Source: Ptychomitrium polyphyllum
Lineage: Eukaryota
Direction: 5' to 3'
Length of the DNA: 64,000 nt
NCBI GenBank assembly: GCA_973851085.1
Contig: OZ316775.1
Location: 16,802,001-16,866,000, forward strand
In this document: in pieces, positions 10,291 through 24,400 of the stretch
Layout of the letters: every line of letters begins with the position of its first letter
Position numbering within the stretch: the stretch's first letter is position 1
Made by a program: the position numbers and the translations under genes
Notes under the pieces: model-generated
What the model saw: the letters and a program-made list of their open reading frames with translations, nothing else
Told to the model about the DNA's origin: nothing
Database searches by the model: none

Positions 10291-12056
10291 TATCCAAGTT
10301 ATAGAATTCATCTTTCTTTCTATAATTCCATTCTTGCATTGGCCTTAACTGTCATGGACCATGAGCATCTACCCACTTGCCCTTTATTTCCTTTAATAAC
10401 AACTATAATCCAACTTCTTTGCCTTCATTAGACCTAATTTCTTCAATAACGTTAATTTTTGTCATTTTTTAAAAGAAAATCTATAATGAGCTGATTCTAC
10501 AGCTCACACTAGGATTTTTCACTTTAAACAATTTCATTCTACTAAATAAAGTTCACTCAAAGTTCTTCAAAGTAAGAAAATTAGTCGCTTTATTTTACCA
10601 TGAATTAAATTTCAACATTTAATAAAAAAAGATATTTTTAATTATTTAATTGTCATGATAATGTAGACATTAGTATAGGAGCCACTATACATCTCAACCT
10701 TAATTGTTCTTCAATTTGGATCATTTTATTAAATTTATCCCCATATCTCCTTTTCTATATTATTATTCTTTTAGTTCTTAGAGGAAACTTTGATAAATTT
10801 TTGTTTTCTGAAGTAGATAGTCATCAAATTAAAAATTCAAATGACTTAGGAATTAAAAAGAATAATCAGTTCAATTACACAAAGGCTTTTAAGCACCAAA
10901 GTAAAGGTAAAAAAATCTAATTTTCACATGGATTTGATTTCAACATCTATTGAATTTTTAACAATCCATATGTAAAAAAGTAATTGAATCCTTAGGATCT
11001 ATCTTTGAAATATTAGTGCTTATTTATTGATATAAAACATGAGTAGATTGGTATTAAACTATTTGGAATGATTATACTGTTACAAATTTACCAAATTATA
11101 TTTTTTTAAAGATTTCTTTTAAATTTCACTTGCTCTTAGGAACTTTTTATATTTCCTAATACTACAATTTTAAAACCTTTTGTGCATTATTTTGCATTCA
11201 ATCATACACACAAAAAAATTAATTCAACATCAGAACAATGATTTCATTACAACCACTATTAATTTTTTCATTTACACTTGGAGCTTTAAACCGAAACTAA
11301 GATGAATTGTAATATGCAACTTTTTATTTATAAAAAATTTGAATTGTAAATACAAAAGCTATTTTAAAAGGAATAATTTGTAGAAATTTTTTGTATAATG
11401 AAATTTTCAAAAAATGATTCAGATCTTCATATAATGAATTTCATAGCATGCAACTTTAAATATTTACAAGGAATAAAATATTTATCTTTAAATTTTAATT
11501 GTATTAAATCTTTAAAACATGAATGAAAAAATGACATGATTTCTTTCATAAAATACTAAACTTGTAATATATGGACAATATTGAAGTGTTTACTTTAAAG
11601 ATTTTGTTTTGATGAAGTTTAACTTCAATTAACACAATTTAAATTGGGTTGGAAATTAAACTTAGGTTCTTAGTATTTTTTGTTTTTCAAAATAAAAATT
11701 AAAAACCTTAGAAGTATTATTGGCAAACTAGGTTTTCTACCTAGTACTATTTCTTTTAATACTATCAAACATTTATTATCGATACTACCAGGTTTTTTCT
11801 AATGGTATTTATCATATGATAATTGTTAGTTTAATAATTTAGACAATGGATGTAGATTTGAAAGTACAGGATCTAAAACAAAATATTTAAACCTTCAACC
11901 AAGAGAATTGACGATGTGATGTATCTTCTCTAATGAGTCATAATATTATTCTAAGTTTATTGAAGACTGTTTCTTTTAAGATTAATAGACTAATAGTCAT
12001 CTTATAAATCTCTAAATTGTTCTAAATATGCTTTTTCTTTGTTTCTTATTAATTCT

Positions 12057-14857
12057 TATTGAAGAAATGCAACAAAGCTAGTACAACAAGCAAGAAGAGA
12101 GAGCAAAGTTGTAACTAGAGAAGTGTGGAGCAAGATGACTCCTACTTCCAAAATTCCTTTACTTATACTTGGGAGTCATCCACCAAAGTGTGCCATTTGG
12201 CAGCCATGCATTTGCCTCCACTAAATGAGTGACATGTGGCCGTGAACCCTAGCCGCCGTAGCCGCCACTCTAACCCTAACAGCCGCCCTAATTCTAACGG
12301 CCGTCCTAACATTAGCCGCCATACAAAATCCTTAGTGCCTTTTTTTAATCCTAGCCTCCATATCCTCTATGGCCTCTTTCTTGACACCCCTTTGACTATT
12401 AGCAACCTATCCAGCTCTAATCCTACACAAGAAAACTTCAATTAAGATTACTTTATACGTTTCATTCTTTGCAACACTCGCACTTTGCTATTGGTAAAAG
12501 GACCTTTTATCCAATTAGCCTTGTCAACAAGTGGTGTCTATCTTTTACTAATGCTTTTGTCAACAGTTCAGCAAGCATGCCCTCTATTGCACAATACCTC
12601 ATATCTACCATTCCATCTTCAATCTTCTCTCTTATGAAGTGATGTTGGATGTCAATGTGCTTTATTCATAAATGATGCTTGGGATTTTTGGCACAAGCAA
12701 GACATCCTTGATTGTCACACATGATGGGCATTGCATTCATATGTACAATTCCAATGTCTTCCAAGAGTTGCCTCAGCTACATTGCTTCCATTGCACCATG
12801 ACTTGCCGCCATGTACTCCGCCTCTATGATTGACCTTGCAATTGTGGGTTGGCTCTTGCAGCTCCAAAAAAAAACTCCTACTCCAATAAAGTACATATAC
12901 CCTATTGTAGAGCGCTTATCATTTGCATCTCCAGCACAATCCGCCTTCCAAAACCCCTGCAACTTAATGTTATCACCTCTTAAACACAACACAAAGTCCA
13001 AGGTACCCTTCAAGTACCTCATGATCCTCTTGATGGATGCCTAGTGCATGGGGCTGGCCTTCGATATGTGTTGGCTTACAACACTCACCAAAAACGCAAG
13101 ATCAAACCTTGTGCATAATGTTATCACCATGGCATACATGAGGCACTCTAATCTTGCCTTGTATGGAATGCCTTGCATTTCGCCCTCTGTTTAAGCATAC
13201 TCCTCATCACTTAGCTTCATCAACCTCAAACTAGCCTCCAAGGGCGTTCCCACAACCTTGCAGTCTTTCATATTGAATTGCTTCAACACCTCTTTAATTT
13301 ACTTCCTCTAGCTCATGGTGATGGTCCTCTTTGCACAATCCCTCACAAACTCCACTCCAAGACAATAGTGCAACATGCCCAAATCACTCATCTCAAACTC
13401 CTGCTCTAATTTGGCCTTCAACCACTCTAGCTTCTCCAAAAAGTTGGCCAACATGATCACGTCATCCACATATAAAATTACAATCAACAAGAACTCCATG
13501 GTTTGCATCACATATAAGGAATGATCCGCCTCACTTCTCACAAATCCTTCCTTCCTAAAGAATGCATCAATGCATTGATACCATGCCCTTGGTGATTGCT
13601 TCAGCCCATACAAGGCCTTTTTCAACCTGCAAACAAGGTGTTCCAAGCCTTCATGTACAAATCCTGGAGGTTGCTCTACGTAGATGTCTTCTTCTAAGTC
13701 TCTATTTGAAAAGGCCGTCTTCACATCCATCTGGTGCACCTCCAAGTCCATTGCCGCCGCTATGGCCAAGACGGTTCTAATGGTGGTGAACTTGGCCACT
13801 GGTGCAAATGTCTCATTGAAGTCCACACCAACAACTTGTGAGTATCCTTTAGCAACTAGCCTTGCCTTGTGCCTCACAATTGCACCCGAAACATCCCTCT
13901 TAGTTCTAAATACCCACTTGCAACCTATGAAAGAATGATTTGGAAGAAGTTGAGTTAAGTGCCATGTGCCATTACCATGAGCAACTTGTACTCCTCTTCC
14001 ATGGCCTTCTCCCACTTCATAGCATCCGTGGACTTCAAGGCATCGCACATAGTTAAAGGATCAACAAAAGAGGGCAACATTGGGATGTTCTGCACTCACT
14101 TTTGGAAAACATGTGGTTCTTCCACCATTCATCAGGTGGCCTCTTCTCCTTCATGGAGTACCTCCTACCACTTATTGCAGGCCTCTCCTCTTTTAATGCA
14201 TCCACTTCTCCTTCACATAGAGGTTGATCTTCCTTACTTGGATGAAGATGCTCACCATCATCTTGTGAGGCTCCTTTGCTGGTCTTCAAGGTGGAAGTCG
14301 CCTTGCTATCCCCTTCCATTGTTCCTTCACCTCCATCCACATCTCCACCTTCTTCCTTGGTTAAAGTGGAGGATGTATCCACAATCACACCATTATTTCT
14401 ATTTATACACATCTCCAAGTGCTCACAAGCACTCTTGTGCTCCAAGAACTCAACATCACGACTCTTGATGATCTTCTTGCTCTCCACACACATCAACCTA
14501 TACGCCTTGCTGCCCTCACAATAACCAAAGAACACACACTTTGTATCCTTTGCATCAAGCTTGGATCTCATGCAATCAAACCTTTGCATATGCAAAGCAT
14601 CCAAAGGTCCTCATGTGTGAAACACAAGGCTTTTTACCACTCCAAGCTTCTTTAGGGGTCATGGATGTAAGGGCACTTGTGAGGAACCTATTTCGTATGT
14701 ATACTACATTCACCACCGCTTTTGCTCACAACTCATGCCCAAGATGTGGAGCATGAAGCATGTTCTTTGCCATCTCTACAATGGTGCGGTTTGCCCTTTC
14801 AGCAATTCCATTTTGTTGTGAAGTATATAGAGCGGAGGTTCGCCTTGCAATGCCTTT
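12057..14857 (-). mobile_element. 5'-truncated, degenerate Ty1/copia C1 copy: 3' LTR (12057-12476) plus RH, RT and part of INT
   Basis: The reverse complement matches the C1 element at 29733-35086. Motifs KARLVAKGYSQ, YVDDVIM, ADCAGDANDKRSTIGY. The copy is cut at 14857 by G1 copy 2. Confidence 0.92.
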
Positions 14858-17800
14858 TGTCACGGACATAGATCATGCAGCATAGTCCTTAGAAGATTCT
14901 AAAACCTTTGAGTATACTATAATAGCTTCTTAGAATACTTTTAGATGTCTCCATAGCCTTTCCATGTTTTTTAGGAAGCTTCCTAAGAAAATTCCTCTAC
15001 CTTAGGAAACTTCCTAGGAAGGTTCTATCATCTTAGGTAATTTCCTAGAAAACTTCCTACGAAGATTCCATCACCTTAGGAAACTTCTTAGGAAGGTTCC
15101 AACATTTTAGGAAATTTCCTAGGAAGATTCCGCTACCTTAGGAAACTTCCAAGGAAGATTCCAATTCCTTGGAAGCCTCTTAAGAAGGTTCCAATATCTT
15201 AGGATACTACTTGGGAAGGTTCCCTAGACTTCTAGAACATTCTTAAGACTTGTAAGAAGCTTCTTTAGAAGTATTCTAGGAGATACAAACATCATAGTAT
15301 AAATAGGAGGCAAGACAAGGTATTCCTTATTCTTGCCAACACAAATTGTGGATCATCTTGAATCCTACCTTGTTCTAGTCTTTGTATCAACTTCTTGTTA
15401 ATCATTAGCTCTTTGGAAGCTAATTCTTGGGAAACACTTCGTTTCTGCTTCTTGTTTCTTGTGTCCCTAACAGTTTGGCAAGACTACTTTTCATCTTTGT
15501 CAGAGCTAAGGTTCTTTGAAGAAGATTGTGGATTACCCATCTTCTTTAGGATTCCATAGCATTTTAGAGGTTGCGGATTACCCTCCTCTAAGCTGGCACC
15601 ATAGAGTTGGTTTCTCCTTCTAAAACCAAGTACTATTTCTTTCAAGAGACGTGGATTTCCCTTCGTTGAAGGTACTCATAATCTTTCTGTTTTTGAAAGT
15701 CTTAAGAAATGGATAATGTGCCTGGAATATCAGAGAATAGATTTGCAACTATTGCAGACCTTCAAGAAATATTAAATACAGCTTGAACGGAACTTGTCCG
15801 TTTTAATACCACCAACAATTTGGAGCAACATACTCGGCAAACTGAAAAATCCAATGGTAGTATTCAAAGCCTATATCAAGAGGTTGTTCGATTGCGAGAC
15901 GCCAATATTGGAAGGGAAGGCTTACGTTGAACCCATGCAGAGCCTAAGATTAGCATGCCAGACAAGTTTGATGGATCAAGATCGAAATTGAGAAGCTTTG
16001 TTCAACAAGTAAGACTCTTTCTTAGTTTGCATCAATCTTGCTATCCTGATGGCACAACTCAAGTGGGATTTGTGGCCACTCTTTCATCAAACAAGGCACA
16101 ATCATGGTTTGTACCACTAATGGAGAAGCAGTCACCATTATTGAACAACTTAGATGCTTTCATAGAAGCATTGATATCGACTTTTGGAGACACCAATCAA
16201 GAAAGAGTGGCTGAAACAAGGATCCAAAGTCTCCAACAAGGACAGCGCTCAGCTGTTACATATGTTGCAGAGTTTTGACAATTAGCTTGTGATCTTAATT
16301 GGAATGATAAAGCCTTGGTCACTTGATTTTGATGGAGCTTAAGAGAGAATATAAAGGACTTGCTACTTACAATGCCAAGAGTTGAAACATTGGACGAATT
16401 CATCACTCAAGCAATAGCATGTGACAATAGACTATTTGAAAGGCGCCAAGAACAATGCTTGAGATGGCGACCAGTACATCAAAGCATGGCTACCACTTCT
16501 TCAAGAATATTGAATAATCGACCACAAGGACCAGAATCTATGCAAATTGATGCTGTCCAGTTCAGACGCTTGACTCTAGAAGAAAAAAAAAGGCGTTGAA
16601 GAGAAAACCTATGTTTATATTGTGGCAAGTCTGGACATAAAGTGCGCGATTGCCAAATTAAAGGATCTACCTTTAAGGCTCAAAACACAATGGTGGAGTT
16701 GGAAAACGAGGCTGTCTAGTCATAATAAGAACCATGCGACTGGACACCACAAGGAAGCAACCATTAAATCAAGGTCTTCTACTACCTTCAAACCCTACCT
16801 CTTGTTTTACATTTCCTATCAAAATAAAATTGTTAGACGATGAAATAATTAGTGAGGCTCTCTTAGACACTGGTGCAACAACATGCTTCAAGGACAAGGA
16901 TTTTGCAACAAAACATCACATGGTGCTTGTGAAGAAAAAATATCCCGGCACTTGTTGAAATTATTGATGGACGATCTTTAGCATCTAGCAACATTATTGA
17001 AGAAACTCAACTCTTGGAGGTTGTTTTAGGAAACCAGACATCTAAGATTGTCTTCAACATTATTCAATGCCGAACAAATCCTATTGTTTTGGGCCTTCCT
17101 TGGTTTGAATTACATAATCTAGATATTGATTGGCGCTCACAGAGTATGGTCTCAAAGAAAAGACGTCAAGATACAAGAAATTTTGGACCATCATTTAATA
17201 GGACTAAGGCATTTATGAGAACAGCAAAGGATGAACCAATTTATGCCATTTATGCCACGCCAATGTCTAGCTCTACTATAGAGACTAATAAAAACATACC
17301 TCGTCAATATCAAGATTATAAAGACGTTTATGAAAAAAAGAATGCAGACATGTTACCAAAGCACCGGCCTTAAAATTGTACCATTGAGTTATAAGAAGGA
17401 GCCCAACCACCTTTTGGACCTATTTACAACTTATCACAAACTGTGTTGGCTGCCTTGAGAGAATATATTGATGAAAGCCTTGGAAAGGGTTTCATTCAAC
17501 ACTCTAAATCACTTGTTAAAGCATCCATTCTATTTATAAAGAAGAAAGATGGATCATTACGTATGTGCGTGGACTATCAAGGCCTCAATAAAGTAACAAA
17601 AAAGAATCGCTATCCATTACCATTAATCTCAGGACTCCTACAACAATTTGGCTAAATAAAAATATTCATGAAAATTGACCTAAGGGGAGCCTATAATCTT
17701 GTACGCATCAAAGAAGGAGACAAATGGAAGACAACTTTTCGATCTAGGTATGGTCATTTTGAATACAATGTCATGCCTTTTGGCCTTATTAATGTTCCCG

Positions 17801-20800
17801 CAGTCTTTCAACATATGATGAATGATATCTTCCATGAAAACTAGATGCTTTTATAGTCATCTACTTGGATGATATTTTGATATATTCAAAGGATGAACAA
17901 GACCACAAATGTCATATGCAACTGGTCTTAGAAAAACTACGCCAGCGAGGATTATATGCCAAATTGGAGAAGTGCCTTTTCCATGAATCCTCGGTTGAAT
18001 GTTTAGGCTACATCATTTCCAAAGGAGGAATCCATATGGATAAGAAGAAAATAAGCACTGTCATGGGGTGGAGTACGCCAAGATCAATTCGAGATGTTCA
18101 ATGCTTCTTGGGATTTGCAAACTTCTACAAGATATTCATCAAGGATTATTCCAAGATTGCGGCACCATTAACACGTCTTACGGGGAAGCAAAAATTCATT
18201 CGAGATGAAGAGGCGGAAAAAGCATTTCAAAGTCTTAAGAAGTCATTCACGTCCGCTCCAATCCTTATTCATCCAAATCCATCAAAGCCTTTTTATTTGG
18301 AAGTGGATGCCTCAAATTTTGCGCTTGGCTCAGTACTCTCACAATATGATGAAGACGGGAGACTTCACCCTCTTGCCTTTTCTTCAAGGAAGTTCTCAGC
18401 AGCAGAGATCAACTATAATATACATGATAAAGAACTACTTGCAATTGTGGATGCGTTTGAAGAATGGCGACACTTATTGGAAGGAGCTCAACATACCGTC
18501 ACGATATACACTGACCACAAGAACTTGGAGTATTTCATGAGTGCGCGCGTTTTGAATCGCCTTCAAGCAAGGTGAAGTATGTTGCTTTCCAAATTTAACT
18601 TCGTCATTACCTATCAATCTGGTAGCTTGCAAGGTAAACCAAATGCCTTATCTCAAAGATCTTATTTAGTTCCTCAAGTTGGAGATGATGTTTTGAATCA
18701 ACAAAGGACTATTTTATTGAGGCCAGAGAATCTGCAATTGAAAGCAGCCATTATTACAACAACATTCCGTCTTGACAAAATTCGGAAGGCTTTGAAGAAT
18801 GACGTCTTTATTTCAAATATAAAGAAGCGCCTCAAAGACAATGGAGGTCCTTCATATAGCAATGATGACTTTGAATTCCAAGAGGGCCTACTTTATTATA
18901 AAGAACTTTTGTACCTACTTCCAGGCCCTTTGTGGTTGAAGATCTTTCAAGCACGTCATGATTTTCCAGCAGCAGGACATTTTGAATTCAATAAAACAAT
19001 GGAGTTGATTGCTGGAGACTATTGGTGGCCACAAATGTGGAAGTACGTGAAGGACTTTGTTCGATCATGCGACACTTGTGCAAGAGCCAAGGTACCAAGA
19101 CACCAACCTCATGGTCTCCTCCATCTGCTTCTAGTGCCAAAGGGCCCATGGTTATCTTTATCAATGGATTTTATCACGGACCTTCCAAATTCCGATTCTA
19201 AGGATTTTATTTTGGTAGTGGTGGATCAATTTACCAAAATGGCACATTTCATTCCATGCAACAAGACGGTAACGGGAGAAAAAACTGCAAAGTTGTTCCT
19301 AAATCACATCTACCGCATACATGGACTACCAGATGATATTGTATCTGATCGAGGGCCGCAGTTCATTTCCAACTTTTGGAGGGCTCTATTCTAGCTGTTG
19401 CGTGTAAAGATCAATCTTTCTTCAGCACACCATCCACAAACTGATGGCCAAACCGAACGTGTGAATCAAATTTTGAAGCAGTACCTTCGTTGTATCGTAA
19501 ACTACCAGCAAGACAATTGGATGGATCTCTTGCCTTTGGCAGAATTTGCTTACAACAATACGGTGCATTCTTCAACAACTCAAAGTCCATTCTTTGCAAA
19601 CTATGGCCATCATCCTTGAACAGATCCATTTCAAGTGAAGCATGTTGGAAGTCCTGTAGCAGAGGATTTTGCAATTCAACTTGCTAAAATCCATCAAGAA
19701 ATCACCTTGTAGTTACAACAAGCTCAAGATCGTTACAAAACTTATGCAGATTGCCATCGGAAGGACCACCCAAAGTTCAAGGTTGGAGATAGGGTATGGC
19801 TCCTACAACAAAATATACAGACAAAAAGACCATCAAAGAAGTTGGACTATCAAAGGCTGGGACCGTTTGAAATCAGCAAACAAATACATCCAGTTAGTTA
19901 TCGCCTAAAGCTACCACCAAGCATGCAAATTCATCCAATATTCCACGTATCGTTGTTGGAAACCTATAACAAATCATGTATACCAGAGAGAATTGTTCCT
20001 CCGCCTCCGCCGCTAGAAATCAATAATGGAATTGAATATGAAGTAGAAGAGATCTTAGATTCACGCATCAAGAACGGACGTGTGGAGTACTTTATACATT
20101 GGCAAGGATATGGCATTAATGACCGAACATGGGAACCTTCAACGAATGTAACAAATGCATTTGAGAAGGTACGCGAACTTCATCAAAGATATCCTCAGAA
20201 ACCAGGTTAGTGATGATGTGTCATCAGCAGCCGTTAGCTTCACAACGAAGTTTTTCCTTCATAGACAAGTATAAGAAGGGAAGAGAGATATCCAAACCTC
20301 CAATTGTATGCAGCATTATTTCCAAGATAGATCATTTCGAGATCCTAGCCAGTATGTCAAATCTTTGTGTTATCATGGATATGCGTAAAAAGCAGTCAGC
20401 CATGCCTTCATCAACAACAGCATCTGTTGAGCCAACTCAACTTTTTCAGCCCTCGGTAACGGAGGATCTAAGTCAAGATATGAGAGGGACATTCCAACGT
20501 TGAGTACGACCTTGTGCAGAAGTATTGATTAGTTCCCCTTCAGATTCTAGTCTTGATTCAGAAGCTCGCATTGTAGTCATCTTGTTAGAAATTGGAAGAG
20601 TCACTTCTGGAGGTCCTAAAATCTTGTTTGGAGAATGTTTGGAAGAACTCAATGAAGATTAGATCTTGGGATGGGACATTTAACCAACAAAAGTCTTGGC
20701 TGGTGGCCATCGGCGCTGCTTACAAGGACCAGTTGAACTAGTGAACAAAGAACAATGAGCAAAGTATGTTGCTTCACTCCTTTGACAAATTTTGGAATTT

Positions 20801-21418
20801 GTGGAATTATGATGAGCAAGCCAAGAAAAAGCTCCTCATAGGACTCGTTGCTAAATGGGGAGCTGATGTCACGGACATAGATCATACAATATAGTCCATG
20901 GAACATTCTAAAACCTTTTAGTATACTATAATAGTTTCTTAGAATACTTTTAGATGTCTCCATAGTCTTTTCCATGTTCTTAGGACGCTTCCTAGGAAAG
21001 TCCCTCCATCTTAGGAAACTTCCTAGGAAGGTTCTATCGTCTTAGGTAATTTCCTAAGAAACTTCGTAAGAAGGTTCCACTACCTTAAGGAACTTCCAAG
21101 GGAGATTCCAACTCCTTGGAAGACTCTTAGGAAGGTTCCAACATCTGAGGAAACTTCTTGGGAAGGTTCCTTAGACCTCCAGAACATTCTTAAGCCTTGT
21201 AGGAAGCTTCTTTAGAAGTATCCTAGGAGATACAACGTCATAGTATAAATAGGAGGCAAGACAAGGTATTCCTTAGTCTTGCCAACACAAGTTGTGGATC
21301 ATTTTGAATCTTGCCTTGTTCTTGTCTTTGTATCAAGTTCTTGTTAATCATTAGCTCTTTGGAAGCTAATTCTTGGGAAACACTTTGTTTCTGCTTCTTG
21401 TTTCTTGTGTCCCTAACA
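14858..21418 (+). mobile_element. G1 chromovirus copy 2, full-length structure, many stops and frameshifts, no TSD
   Basis: LTRs 14858-15472 and 20867-21418. gag ATG at 15709, pol about 16734-20210 with chromodomain. Flanks CCTTT / ATGCC do not match. Confidence 0.93.
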
Positions 21419-24400
21419 ATGCCCCTAATAATCGATGCATAGTATTTCTTGGTTAAATATAAGAGGTGATGGAATGGTATTTGAGGGGGGTGGATGAATT
21501 GGATGAAGAAGATTGATAGAAGCAAAAGGAGGGGTTGGTGGAATGGGATTGGAAGAAGTAAAAAGCAAAGTGGTAGTACTGGTAGGAATAAAAATAGATG
21601 CTGGTGGGGTATAATACTTTGGTACTAGCAAAACAATGGGAGGCAAAGGAAGTTTGGCAAAGAGATCAACTACCGGACCTGTTACAAGAAGAGAAGGAGA
21701 ATTGGAAAGGTGAAGAATGAGAGTGGAAATTGATACAAGAAAAGGAGGTCAAAAATTGCTATTATAAGATGAAGTAGTGCAGGTGAAAGTTTTCAGAGTT
21801 GACATGTGAGAGGCTTGTCGGTTTTGCCGCTTTTGGTATTCTTGGATGAGGATTTAAAAAGACTCCTTGGTTTGCTTTGCGTTTGGTGCAAGCGTAATCT
21901 GTGACCAAGTTTGCATCTTGGAAGATTTTGCCTTGATAGGTGTAGTAGTTTGAAAAGGAAGTCAGGGAGAACTCAATTTGGTAGAGTTTATACTATCCAA
22001 ACAACTAGACTATGATAAAGATTCTAAAAAAAGAGACATGAATTTTTGTTAAATTTTAGTAATAGTGCAAAATCCAACTTTATTGTGTTGGATCCCGATA
22101 AGCTCCGCAACAAGGTTGTTGTATACAATAGTAAATTAGGCCTATTCATTCAATTGGTAGCAAGGTCTTTAAGTTCCAATAGGAAGCAAATGTTTCTATT
22201 GGACATGTATGTTACATTTTTTGAAAAAAATGCATTGGAAGAAATACATTTTAGCAATAGTAAGAACTTTGGTCCTTATTGGACCTCCCAACTTTCTTTT
22301 GCGCATGGTGGGGAACTTGTTACTACTAAAAATCTACCGGGAGCTATGAAAGATGGAATAAAAGTCATTCTGCAATCTTTAAGATATAAAGGATCTTGGA
22401 TGATGCTACTCATAATATGTATTTGCCTACCAAAAATGGTACCAAGGAAACCATTACCGCTCTGCTTAACTGCAATGTTTAAAAAACTTAAGAATGGAAT
22501 TGGTATGATTTACAGACCAATTTCGTGGTAGCTAGTTAAATTCTAATACTTTGATATCACAAAGGAATTATAATATGATAGGATTGGTGGCAGCAAAAGT
22601 TGCCTAAGACTAGAGTGGATTTATAGGAATGAAATAACGTCCTGCCAAACTCTGCATATTGGACAATCCAAAGCACAACCATGAATTGGAGTAGATTTTT
22701 GCTTGGCAATATCCATAGCTAAAGATAAAGACAAGTAAATGAAGGATGAAAATTCTTTCTAAAGCAATGAAAAGAGGAAAGAATTAAATGTAAGTGAGAA
22801 TTGGTAATGAGGTAGAGAGAAATTTGAGGAAAAAATAGGAAAGAGTGGTGTAAGCTGTTAAAATAAGGATGAAGGCTGTTAGGTTTAGCATAGAATTTGA
22901 ATGTCCAATAGCTTTGATTGTCAATATGAATCATTATAATTGGTACAAGTTTTTGGCATGCAATTTTATTAATAGAAGTGCTGGTCTTAATGACATATTT
23001 AAATGGATTGGAAGCTATTGGTAGGCTAATTTGAGTGTCATCAAGGTAACAATAGGGTTTGAGTTTATTGTCATTAATAATAATGGAATCAAGGTTAGAG
23101 TAATCTATAGCTACCAATAATAGAATATTATTTGATAGCGGATATTGGATTTGGTAGGGGCCATACAATTTATTTTTTAATATATTGTGTGAGCTATAGA
23201 ATGAGTTTAGTACGGTTTTATTCCTAAAAAATGATAGAAATTGATGGTTGTAGAAAGAATTATTTCTATTTAGAATCAAAGGATTAGAATAAGGTGCAGT
23301 GGAGTATTAAAGGGATTTTAGTGCAATTTAGGCCCAATAGATTGAAGAATTTGGAAGAAGAACAAGTTTTCTAATTTAGATAAGTGAAGAAGTGAAATGA
23401 TTAGGCAATGGATATCTAGTGTTTTAAATAGTTGTTGAATTTACGCTAGTAGCTAAATTCCATGAATCAACTAAATTTAGAATAGTGGTTAAACTTAAAC
23501 TACTTATTAAATTCTAAGAAAGTAGCTTAAATTAGAACATCAATTAAATTTTGAATTATAGCTAAAATCTTAAAATGTCTAAAATTAGAAAAATGATTAA
23601 TTTAAACATAGCACCTAAATTGAGGTCTATAATTGAAATTTATAAATCAACTAAATTTAGAATATTAATTAAATTAGATTATTAATTGAAACCTAAGAAT
23701 ATGGCTAAATTTATAACAATGATTAAAGTTAATATAGTGGTTGCATTTAGAAAAGTTAAAGCAAAATTTGGAGTCAAACTGCCTAAGTATTTGTCAATTT
23801 GAAAAAGTGGAAGAACGGAAGTGAAGTTCCCTTTAAAAGGTAGTGTAGACAACAAAGAACCACAATAAAAATAAAAAGAAGAAAAAGCTAGATTTTGGAG
23901 TTAGGGATTTTAAATTAGTTTTATACTTAATTTTCAAGCAAAGTTTAGTTGTAAGCACACCATTAGTTTTAACAAGAGAGGTTTTGTTGAAAAGCTAAAG
24001 AAAATTAGGTTTTGAAGTTGGGTTTGAAGTTAGGTTTTGAAGTTAGGTATTTAAAGTTAGGCTTTAAAAATAGATTTTGAGTTCGTTGATACGATTATTT
24101 TTTTGCAAATAGGAATTAATTATGAGCAAAGAAGTGATTAGGTCTTTAGCAAAGAGTGTTAATGTTGGAGCAAGAAGGAAGCAATAATTAGGGCTTAGAT
24201 TTTGGGTTATGAGTCCCTCATTGTGCAAGTGCAAGAATTGAAATTTTAAGAAATGGTAGAAGAAAGTATCCAATTTCCAATAAGTCAAAGAATGCTTGAA
24301 TCGGAGCTATAATGAGGAAAAACCAAGCAATTTAGTGGAAGGGGCTCTTAGGTATACTATAGTAAATAGAGCTCGGATTTTGGGCCGTCAGTCCATTGTC

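Noticed and set aside
24005..24063. TTAGGTTTTGAAG repeats as an interstitial telomere
   Set aside because: 13-bp degenerate units inside an LTR-like relic, not TTTAGGG arrays.
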